Origin: Phaeosaccion multiseriatum
Lineage: Eukaryota > Protista > Ochrophyta, other classes
Reading direction: 5' to 3'
Length of the DNA: 64,000 bases
NCBI GenBank assembly: GCA_965112735.1
Contig: OZ218950.1
Location: 6,696,001-6,760,000 of the forward strand
Positions 39,920 to 50,400 of the stretch are shown here, piece after piece. Both the position numbers and the translations under genes were made by a program. Every line of letters begins with the position of its first letter. Within the stretch, counting starts at the first letter, position 1. Below the pieces are notes generated by a model that was given only the letters and a program-made list of their open reading frames with translations, searched no databases and had not been told where the DNA came from.

Positions 39920-40123
39920 GGGCAACTCTGGCTAGTACCACATGTAGGGTCGATTTCACCCTCCTCCCTACCTCTCTCTCTCCCTCCTTCTCACTCTCTC
40001 CCCCTCCCTTTCTCTCCCCCCCCCCTTCTCTCTCATACAGACTACTACGACTACTGCTCCGTACACACCTGCGACAACCCCTTCCTCATGGGAGGACAGC
40101 TTCACGCTCAGACTCTAACCTGA
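27007..40123 (+). CDS. DGAT1: Acyl-CoA:diacylglycerol acyltransferase 1 (MBOAT) with N-terminal ACBP domain, coiled coil and PH domain
   Basis: More than 25 short exons. ACBP: RLYGLFKAAEKGPC...KWSAW...AKKRY. PH: LSGWLYRW...WERGFFCL...LSIY...RLSSEDEQAAKIWMDAL. DGAT1: SVLS..QNYRGFLNL, LWMKLVSYAHVN, YPANITL, APTLSYQMEYPR, FGDRIFYRDWWN, YWRLWNAPVH, RHLYFP, SAFFHE, GQP. Confidence 0.93.
30790..30997 (+). repeat. 19-bp minisatellite (CTAGCCGCTCTACCTCTAT), about 11 copies, intronic
   Basis: Tandem units read directly from the sequence, with a few variant copies. Confidence 0.9.
35105..35239 (+). repeat. 19-bp minisatellite (AGTGAGTGGGACGGCACAC) x7, intronic
   Basis: Seven perfect units starting inside the GTAAGT donor of a DGAT1 intron. 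Confidence 0.95.
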
Positions 40124-40811
40124 CACTGACACCAAGTGACACAGAGGCCTTCAGAGGCCTCCAGAGGCGGAGGGCGCTGCACCCGACGAGGTCCCTAGGG
40201 TGGGACAGGCTTATCATACCCTCTCTTTCAAGTCTGAGTCAGACTGAGGGAGAAAAAGGATTTTACCATCAGCAGCGATTGAAAGAGAGGCACACATCAT
40301 CATGGATCGGCCCAGCTGAATCCATCCTGTGCTTCTCTGCTGAACTGGTGTGTGTGTGTAGGGGAGGGGCTGATTTAGTCTCCATAATCAATGGTATGAC
40401 ACTCCTCCCTGAGTGTCCCTACAGAAGTTTCCCTTCCACCCGATTGATTGTTGGGTCTGGTCTTGTCACACGGGGTCCTCAGAGCCTCACTGTCTGGCGA
40501 CGCCTACATCACAGGCCACCTCACACAGCTTATTGGAGGAAAACATTATTGACTTGATAGGAATGAGTATCACAAGGATTCGCCCTACACTAGTTCACGC
40601 GTTCCCCCTCCACGTTTCACACTTGGCGAGTGCCCCCGCCCGATGGCCTCCATCCTATCGTAATATACAACAAGCCTCCATCCTCTGCTCTTCTTCCTCT
40701 CGTTCTTTGTTCCCGTAGTAAGGACCTTGGGTAGAATAACACTGGCGTGAGTTTTGACAGGGGTGGCAGGAGGTCGTGGCGAGGGAAGGAGGCAGCACCG
40801 CCTGCGGCAAA

Positions 40812-41405
40812 ATGACTCCACTGTGGGCGGCAGCCGCAGCCCCGAGCCCCTCTCCAACTAGGGTGTCGCTGCTCATCGTGCTGGTCTTTGTGGTGTTTCC
40901 AGGGCATCTACTGGCCTTCCTTTCGTCACCGAGAGCGGCGGCAAAACTGGTGCGATGGCCACAGAATGCACTCCAAAGCGGGGAGGGAGGGGCCACGAGA
41001 ATAAGGACGAACAACAGCAGAAGCAGCAGCAGGTGTGGACTACGAATGAAAGTCTTTGAAGGTGCGAAGACCATCGCGGTGGACTATGGTACCAAACGTG
41101 CGGGCTTGGCCATCAGTATGGGCATGCACCCGCGGCCCGTCACGACCATTCCCAACCTTAAAGGAGACCGCCACTTGGCCAAGAAGGTCATGCTGCACGG
41201 GCGGGTGGAAGACACCACCAACTTCATCGTGGGGCTCCCCCTGGACGTGGACGGGGAGGAGAACTATATGACGGAGTTGACGAGGGCCTTCGCCCTAGAG
41301 CTTGCCAATTCACTGGCCCTCGCAGGCACCAAGGCGAAGGCAAGTAGAGCGGGGGTTTTGGAAATAGGAGGGGGCGCAGACTCACTCCATAGAGAGCTTG
41401 TTCGC

Positions 41406-41445
<40 letters not shown>

Positions 41446-42581
41446 GTGGTGGTGGTAGTGATGGTCCTTCCTGTCGGGCCCTTTAGGTCTTTGTTTCTGC
41501 CACTCTCCTCTGTGAGAGTCCTCTTCTGTACCCTTTCTTATGTACCCTTCCCTACAATCCACCAAGATGCTCGCACTATCCTGGACGCCGAACCCTTGAC
41601 CGTGACCCTGACCCTCTGAGTCCTCACCCTCACCCTCTCCCTCACCCCCACCCTCACCCCCACCCTGACCCTGACCCTGACCCTGACCCTGACCCTGACC
41701 CTTACCCTCACCTTAACTTGTTTAGGTGTACATGTGGGACGAGCGTTACACGTCTAAAATGGCCGAGGCGTGGGCTGAGAATAAGGACAAGAGCTCCGGC
41801 GACAAGGACTCTCTAGCCGCCGTCAGCATGCTGCAGGACTACTTTGAGGTGCGTCGCGTGGGCCCGTGCGTACGTTTTGTGTCTTATCTTAGCCGGCTGG
41901 GCGAGTGTCGGGGTGGAGAGAGGGGTGGGGGGCGAAGAGAGTGGAGAGAGGAAGAGAGGGGGAGAGGAGAAGAGGGAGGAGGCATGAGAGGGAGAGGGGT
42001 GGAGAGAGGGGGGGAGGGAGAGGGAAAGACAAAAATGGGAGGAGAGAGAGAGAGAGAGCGAGAGAGGAGGAGATGGATATGTATTGAGAGGGAGAGAAAC
42101 AGAGGAGGGGAGAGAGGTATACAGAGAGAACGCAGAAAGACGAAAGGACGGAGAGAGAGGGGCAAGCCTGAAACTGAAACTGGTCGCTACACGGCCCCTC
42201 CCTCACCTTTCCTCCCCTCCCCGCCTTCTTCTCTCCTCCTGCCCTCCCCAGACGGAGGGTCGAGGGGCGGAGCGTGTGAAGGTGGACGATGCCACGCGAG
42301 AGATTGTGACCAAGAGGCTGCTGGCGTCGGCAGCGAGCGCCAAGGCCGGCAGACAGGCAGAGAGGAGGAGGGAGCGGACGCTGGAGAGAGTGGACAATGG
42401 AGGAAGAAAGACGCGCCTACCAAGGGGGGCGGCTCCCCCTGGATCGGCCACCGGTGCGGCCATAGCAGGTAGGGGGGCATCAGCGGCGGTGAGAACAAAA
42501 GCAGCAGCAGCAGCAGCAGCAGCAGGAGCAGCGGCAACAGTTGGTGATACAGCTGGGCAAGAGCAGCATGAGCAGACCTGA
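40812..42581 (+). CDS. yqgF: YqgF/RuvX-family nuclease (RNase H fold; putative pre-16S rRNA maturation), probably organelle/plastid-targeted
   Basis: TIAVDYGTKRAGLAIS, FIVGLPL..DGEE, VYMWDERYTS, DSLAAVSMLQDYF. Hydrophobic presequence ending LLA-FLSS. Exons 40812-41339 (GC donor), 41726-41848, 42252-42581. Confidence 0.88.
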
Positions 42582-43585
42582 CTAGACTAGGTACAGCGGA
42601 TGACGAGGGCCATATCATGCATGCAGCAGAAGGACTTGACTCTTCCTTTGACGGACAGAGCGTACGGCAGCGGCGGCGGCGGCTGCGGCTGCCAAAGAGC
42701 GGTGGAACCCCGCTCGTCGGGAGATGTGTGCGTTGCGCACCCACCCACCCGCCCATCCACCCACCCACCCACCCATCCACCTCGACAGCAACAACAACAG
42801 CGACGAGGAGAGGGGAGAGCAGCGCCCAAGAGTTCCGCAGGGCAGAGAGAGAGATAGAGAGAGAGGGGGAGAGAGACAGGGGCAAGCAAAGTGAGCGCTT
42901 GAGCCAGGAGCTCAACCCAGAGCAGAACGAGCCGCAGCCACTGCAGATGGCACTCGATGGAAGAAGAGGTGGGGCGTCCTCTGACGCTAGCGCAGAGCAA
43001 CCGAGGCCCGTGCGCACGCTTAATGTACGCAGGTACTTCTGGCCCTGACGCACGCTAATGCACGCAAGAAGTTGTGGCCCTGAGGCACTAGCCAGTGGGG
43101 ACAACAGCGCTGCTTCGCGTGAGGAAGGGTCGTGAAAGAGAGGGAGGAAGACGGCGACCCCCTTGCGTGTGTGTGTTGAGAAACGCCAGTCCCACTGCCG
43201 AAAGGGCCAAAGGGTGCTTGGCCCTGCATCGACGCCTCTGCTGTTCTTGGGCGTCCCCGCGCGGCGACCCAAGCACGAAAAGGGCGAGGCGTGCCATGCT
43301 CCACTGCCGTCACGCAGCAACCAAAACCCTCCTCCCAAAGTGCATTTTTAATAATCAAAAATCAAAAATCAAATGTGTTGATGCTGTTGCCCCCTTCCTT
43401 CTCCCCGGGATGATGAAACGGTACAGAGAGCTCAATAGAAACCGAGGCATCGTCGCGTGGGCGAGGGAAGGTTCTATTCTATACAAATCAGCCATATCAT
43501 GTGATACTTAACGAAGTCCCTGCTGCGTGTGAAGCTTGAAGCTCATGCAGTGTGCTGCTATCTACCTTGTATGAAGTTTGACACT

Positions 43586-44287
43586 CTATGCAGAGCCCAG
43601 GGCCTCGGCAATCTTTACTGCCACGGCCATCGACGACTGAGGGTTCTGACCTGTGATGAGCTTACCGTCGACTACTGCATTCACCCCCCAGGCATCAACG
43701 CTCTCGTATATACCGCCAAGCCCACTCAGGGCCGTCTGGGTGAGCAGCGGCACCTTGTCGGTAAGGCCGACCTGATCCTCTTCGATGTTGCTGAAGCCGG
43801 TGATCTTCTTGCCCTTTACGATGGGCTCTCCAGAGGCCGGATCGTTGACGCCGATGAGGCCACAGGCACCGTGACAGACAGAGGACACAACACCGCCCTG
43901 GCTGTAGATTGCCTCGGCGATCTCCTTCATAGCAGCGTTGTTGGGGAAGTCGAAGCAGGTGCCGTGGCCTCCAGGCAAGAAAACCGCGGAAAACTCGCCG
44001 GCCTTGGCCGCGTCGATGAAAGTCGAGGCAGCCTTGGTGTCAGCGACAAGGGCCTGCGCTGCAGCATCAGCCTGGAACTTGGCAGTCTCCTCGCCGATGT
44101 AGGGGTCGGCGCAGCTCTTGGCATCCCATGGGACGGCACCACCCGCAACAGAGGCGATGGTCACCTCAAACCCCTGGGAGGAGAGATGATTGTAGGGCGC
44201 AGCCACTTCCTCAAGCCAGCATCCTGTCTCTTCATCAGGGATGCCTTGGACAGCGCTTGTGCAGATGAATAGAACCTTCTTGGGCAT
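43586..44287 (-). CDS. DJ-1/PfpI family protein (Hsp31/glyoxalase III-like), intronless
   Basis: KVLFICTS, TGCWLEEVAAPY, VFLPGGHG, SSVCHG (catalytic Cys-His), ITGFSNIEE, LITGQNPQS; 233 aa. Confidence 0.93.
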   Translation of the reverse strand: MPKKVLFICTSAVQGIPDEETGCWLEEVAAPYNHLSSQGFEVTIASVAGGAVPWDAKSCADPYIGEETAKFQADAAAQALVADTKAASTFIDAAKAGEFSAVFLPGGHGTCFDFPNNAAMKEIAEAIYSQGGVVSSVCHGACGLIGVNDPASGEPIVKGKKITGFSNIEEDQVGLTDKVPLLTQTALSGLGGIYESVDAWGVNAVVDGKLITGQNPQSSMAVAVKIAEALGSA

Positions 44288-44435
44288 GGTACGAAGTGGT
44301 GGAGAGAGAGGAGGAGAGAAGAAGGAGAGAGAAGAAGGGAGGGAAGAGGGAAGGTATCCGACGACGGAGAAATTGAGGGGAATCAAAGACGCACATATAT
44401 ATGTTCAGGACGGGCAGGTGTCTGATACCAAAGTG

Positions 44436-47400
44436 ATGGAGGACGTAGACGCGCAGCAGCGTGCAGTACTCACAGCCTTTTTCCACGCCACGAGCGGACC
44501 CGGCTGGTCTAACAGGGCAGGATGGAACACCGGAGCACCTTTAGAGAACTGGGTCGGAGTGACAGTACAGAATGGCTATGTGGTGAAGCTCAACCTGCAA
44601 GAGAACCGCCCCAAATGTGAGAGACACGTGATTATGGTTGTTCCGCCTGAGGTCCTGAAGAGTATTCTGAAGTAAAGAAGGCTTGAAGATGTGATGGGTC
44701 TAGAATATTCGGGAAGGACGATGCAAAGCGGGACAAGAGAAGGCATGAGGCGTGGCAAGATGTGAGGCGTGGCAAGATGTGGCAGTCCAGAGACCCGTTC
44801 GTGTCCCTTTCACTTAATGTTAGTGTGACCAAAGAACTTTCCTTCGCTCCGCAGGGAGCATTCCACCCGAGCTTGAGAAATTGAGCCTCTCCGGCAACGC
44901 TCACTGGTAAGTGGTACGCATACCCGTTCGCGTCCCTTTGACTTGATGTAAGTATGGCTGAAGAACTTTCCTCCGCTCCGCAGGGAACATTCCGCCCGAG
45001 CTTGGAAGTCTTGAGAACCTGACGGTGCTCAACCTACAAGGGAACCAGCTCACTGGTAAGTGGTACGCACACCCGTTCGCGTCCCTTTGACTTGATGTTA
45101 GTATGACCAAAGAACTTTCTTCCCTCCACAGGGAGCATTCCGTCGGACTTCGGGAAGCTGGCAGAGCTTCGAGAACTTCACCTGGGTTGGAACCAACTCT
45201 CCGGTAAGTGTTCGCGTACCCGTTCGCGTCCCCTTCGCTTGATAAGTCGTATGATGAAGAACTTCCCTCCGCTCCGCAGGGAGCATTCCACCCGATCTTG
45301 GAAGTCTGAATAACCTTACGCATCTGCACCTCGACAACAACAAGCTCACTGGTAGGTGGTACGCGCACCCGTTCGCGTCCCTCTCACTTGATATGAGTAT
45401 GACCAAAGAACTTTCCTCCCATCCGCAGGGAGCATTCCATCAGAGCTTGGAGGTCTCGTCCAGCTCACCTCTCTGTTCCTCCACAGCAACCAGCTCTCCG
45501 GTGAGTGGTACGCACACCCGTTCGCGTCCCTTTCACTTGATATGAGTATGACCAAAGAACTTTCCTCCCATCCACAGGGAGCATTCCATCAGAGCTTGGA
45601 AGTCTTAAGAACCTTGAGAGACTGGACCTCAAACAAAACAGGCTCACTGGTAAGTGGTACGCACACCCGTTCGCGTCCCTCTCACTTGATATGAGTATGA
45701 CCAAAGAACTTTCCTCCCATCCGCAGGGAGCATTCCATCAGAGCTTGGAGGTCTCGTCCAGCTCACCTCTCTGTTCCTCCACAGCAACCAGCTCTCCGGT
45801 GAGTGGTACGCACACCCGTTCGCGTCCCTTTCACTTGATATGAGTATGACCAAAGAACTTTCCTCCCATCCACAGGGAGCATTCCATCAGAGCTTGGAAG
45901 TCTTAAGAACCTTGAGAGACTGGACCTCAAACAAAACAGGCTCACTGGTAAGTGGTACGCACACCCGTTCGCGTCCCTTTCACTTGATATGAGTATGACC
46001 AAAGAACTTTCCTCCCATCCACAGGGAGCATTCCATCAGAGCTTGGAAGTCTTAAGAACCTTGAGAGACTGGACCTCAAACACAACAGGCTCACTGGTAA
46101 GTGGTGCGCGTACCCGTTCGCGTCCCCTTGACTTGATATGAGTATGACTAAAGGGCTTTTCTCCCATCCCCAGGGAGCATTCCACCCGAGCTTGGAGGGC
46201 TTGAGAACCTTACGGAGCTGTACCTCCTCCACAACAACCTCACTGGTAGGTGTTACGCACACCCGTTCGCGTCCCTTTCACTTGATATGAGTATGACCAA
46301 AGAGCTTTTCTCCCATCCCCAGGGAGTATTCCACCCGAGCTTGGAGGGCTTGAGAACCTTACGGAGCTGTACCTCCACAGCCTCACTGGTAGGTGTTACG
46401 CACACCCGTTCGTGTCACTTTTACTTAATATGAGTATGACCAAAGAGCTTTTCTCCCATCCCCAGGGAGCATTCTACCCGAGCTTGGAGGGCTTGAGAAC
46501 CTTACGCGACTGTACCTCGGCAGCAATAGCCTCACTGGTAGGTGTTAGGCACACCCGTTCGCGTCCCTTTCACTTGATACGAGTATGACCAAAGAGCTTT
46601 TCTCCCATCCCCAGGGAGCATTCCACCCGAGCTTGGAGGGCTTGAGAACCTTACGGAGCTGTACCTCGGCAGCAATAGCCTCACTGGTAGGTGTTACGCA
46701 CACCCGTTCGCGTCCCTTTCACTTGATATGAGTATGACCAAAGAGCTTTTCTCCCATCCCCAGGGAGCATTCCACCCGAGCTTGGAGGGCTTGAGAACCT
46801 TACGAACCTGTACCTCCTCCACAACAACCTCACTGGTAGGTGTTACGCACACCCGTTCGCGTCCCTTTCACTTGATATGAGTATGACAAAAGAACTCCTT
46901 CCTCCCATCCACAGGGAGCATTCCACCCGAGCTTGGAGGGCTTGAGAACCTTACGGAGCTGTACCTCGGCCACAATAGCCTCACTGGTAGGTGTTACGCA
47001 CACCCGTTCGCGTCCCTTTCACTTGATATTTTAGTGTGACCAGCCAAAGAACTTTCCTCCGCTCCACGGGGAGCATTCCCAAGGAGTTTGGAGATCTGAC
47101 CAACTTGCAGTTTCTTCAACTCCACCACAACAAGTGGTACGCACACCCGTTCGCGTCCCTTTCACTTTTCGCGTCACTTTTACTTGATATTAGTATGACC
47201 AAAGGCTTTCCTCGCATCCGCAGGGAGCATTCTTCCACCCGTTCTCGTCCCTCTTGACTTGATATTAGTATGACCAAAGAGCTCTCCTTCCATCCACAGG
47301 GAACCTTCCCAAGGAGTTGGGGGATCTGACCAACTTGACGTGGCTCTTTCTGGGGGACAACAAGCTCACTGGTGAGTGGTGTTACCAACGTGCGACTCCG

Positions 47401-50400
47401 CTGAGCTTGGAAAACTCTTGGAGCTTGCATCTTTTCTATGTGAAAATCGGGTTTGCGTAAGGAAGCTGTCGCAACATGCCGCCCGCCTTTACCTCACATC
47501 ACCGCTCCAAGTGTGCACTGACTTCCTGTGCCGCGCCACCAATGTTTTCCCTCTTCTTATTTTCTGTGCTGTTACGCCTCGCACAGGGCTTTGGGATCCA
47601 AGCTGTGATGATGCCGCTGAACAGGAGCAGGAGGTGGAAGGCCTCATTGCCTTCGCTGCGCGGCACGGCACGAGAGGGGGCTTCGATAGGAACCCGTTCG
47701 ACTTCCCCCCTCTCGGCGTAGCTAAACAAGGCAGCGCCGCCCTCAAAATTTATTATGATTCCGTGTTGGAGGGGCGTGGCGTGTACAACACCATCAAAGT
47801 GGTTCTGCTCGGTGCATCCGGTGCTGGAAAGACGAGGTATGGCTTGTATTCTCGTTGCTCTCTCGGCTGCTTCGGTTGAACTCTTCTGCAGACAAAGACT
47901 CCAAAGGCTTACCCCACGCCCTGCACCCCCGACCCATGCACAGCTTACTTCGCAGCCTACAATGTCGACGGGCTGCCCTCACAACGGGCGCAAACCCCTC
48001 AACTACAGGGGTTGAAATGGTGTCCTGGGAGGCAACGGGACCGAGGGATGAGCCCATCACAATGCGATTCTTTGATTGTGGGGGGCAGATTTTGTACCGC
48101 AGCTTGTACTCCTTCTTTTGTCCGGATGGCGCAACTTACCTGTTGCTGTGGAGGGCACGTGAGTTTTGTGAGAGTGGTGGTGAGGAAGGCTTTGACAACC
48201 GAATGCGGCTCGACGTTGAACCCTTCGTAGAAACACTGCGGTACCAAAGTGTTGCGACAGGACCTTCTCGTTTGGTGCTGGTTGGTTCCAAGTGTGACAA
48301 AGTGCCCGTTTGGGGACGAGTGACACGCGTGTTAGAGCAGGCCGACCGTATCCGAAAGCGCGTGGCTGGCATACTCACGATATCACTGGAGAACGAAGAG
48401 GGGGAAGAGGAAGAAGAAGAAGAAGAAGAAGAAGAAGCACATGGACGTGCTCGTGCTGGACGTGAACGCTTTCTAGATGCCATGCGCTCCCTACCCTCCT
48501 ACCTCGTGAGCTGCGCCCCGTGGTACAAGAGGATTCTTGGAATCCTCAGCGGAGGGTGGAGTAGGTTTGATCCATCGGGTGCCCTCCTTCAGGAACTGTA
48601 CGCGAAGGGCTGTAGGAAGTTTGTGGTTGGTGTGCCTTGGCAGGCTGCCCTCATCATGCTGGAGACTCTCTCTCTAAGAGGTACCACAGACGAAGTCTTG
48701 TGCGACACAGTCATCAAGGCGTTGTCATCTTCATCCACAGCACCGCAAGAGAGCAGGCCCAGTGTTCCCTACATCATGACCATGGGTGAGCTACGAGCCC
48801 GGTGGGACGGTCTATGCGACACGCTGCGTGGGAAGGAGCAAGAGCTGGGGGTGGACAAGGCATCACTTTTTGAGGGTGATTCGGCTACCTTGCAAGGTGT
48901 TTTGCACTGCGTCGTGAGGATGATGTAAGTCGCCGGGAACGCTAGTCTTTCCCTTTGTAACTGCCTACAACTGACCTTGCTTTCGCATATACTCTCTCCT
49001 TTCCAGGGTCCACAATGCTGTGCTCATTGTAGTAGGGGACATTGAACACGATAGGACACTCATTGTTCTCGACTCGGCTTGGTTCGCACGGATCGTTAGC
49101 CCGCTGCTGACTCCATTGGACAAGATGATCAAAAGTGGACGTGGCAATGCCCAGAGGATTGTGGTAGGCGAGGTGCGTGCCTTTTTTTCTCCTGGACAAG
49201 CTGAGTGAGGCACTGTTCCCCCGGTATGGTTCATAACATTATCATGGATGGGATCGCTCCTCGGTTGCCACTCTCGACAGGTGACACCGCAAGAGCAAGT
49301 ACGAGGAGGGGGTCAGGGGCGCTCCGACGACTTCAAGGGAGCGCTTGACTTGCTGAATGGAGACTTGACCGAAAGGTTCGCCAAGTCGTTGTGGGATGGT
49401 GTGCTCGTAAAGTGGGGGCGTGCGGCGGAAGACACGGGGATCCACGTGTTGGAGGAGAGCGATGTTAGAGCTATCCTTGAGAAGCTCGAAGATCTAGGCA
49501 TCCTGTTTCCGGTGGAGAGTTTGGAGGATGGCGGCCGACACTATCAGATCACCCTCAGAATACCAGATGAGAGCATTCCTGACGGAGAGGGCTGCCGTCA
49601 GCGAGAGCAAGCAGTCAAATGGGCAAAAGCATTCGAGAGGTGGGAGCTGGTGGTTACATTGGAGTGGAAACACCATCCTCCCTCTTGGAAGATCGGGTCC
49701 CTTGTGAGCGCGCTGGTGAAGGCTAAGCTTGGTGACACCGTTTTGCGTTGGAAGACTGGGGCTTGGCTGGCACCGGTGCGGGCCTACACTGGCTCTCCCT
49801 TTAGGGCCTACATAAACTACGACGTCGGAGAGAGAAAGCTGACCCTTGCGGCCTTTGGGGATCCGAAGGTAGCCTTGGGCAATGGGAGTGTGGCGGCGAG
49901 CGCCCTTGGCTTCATGTTGGGGACGACGCGTGAAGTCTTGTGGGACGTTGCACAGGAGTGCGGAGGATGTCGTCTCACTTGTCCGTTTTGCTCCTTGGAG
50001 ACAGTTCTTTTGTGGGAGGTAAGAGAAAACACGTGTCAAGCATGTTTTGTTTGTGAAGTGACTGCCTGATAGGTGGCGGGCTTCTGTGCTTCTGACGTTC
50101 AATTTTTTTCTTGTTCCTTTTAGGATTCCTGGCTCGGATTCAGTCGTGACGAGAAGACACTTGGAAGCCTCAACCCGAAAGGATTCAGGTGTACTCATTT
50201 GTGTCTTGACGACAATAAAGACTTGTGGGAAGCACTGGGAAACATTGATATCCAGGTGGGAAGGAGATTTGAAGCGCCGAAGCAGGAAAATGCCCAAAGC
50301 AGCTCGGGGGAGACAGAATTCGAGAAGGCCTGGAAGAATCAGCTTGACGAGGAGAACGAAGAGAAGAAACAGCAGAAGGATCAGAGGAACGATCATTTGG

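Noticed and set aside
41595-41715. Interstitial telomeric repeat
   Set aside because: Units are CCCTGA/CCCTCA rather than CCCTAA(A), and all such arrays are intronic and sense-oriented; treated as intron microsatellites.
42590-43500. Possible gene between yqgF and DJ-1
   Set aside because: Several overlapping ORFs, but no recognisable motif or consistent exon chain.
43529-44272. 247-aa plus-strand ORF
   Set aside because: Antisense shadow of the DJ-1/PfpI gene.
44901-46262. Repeated minus-strand ORFs MVILISSERDANGCAYH...
   Set aside because: These are antisense readings of the repeated intron/exon units.
44793-47371. CRISPR array (constant repeats with variable spacers)
   Set aside because: The repeats are 76-79-nt GT..AG introns, the spacers are homologous in-frame LRR exons, no cas genes are present and the context is eukaryotic.
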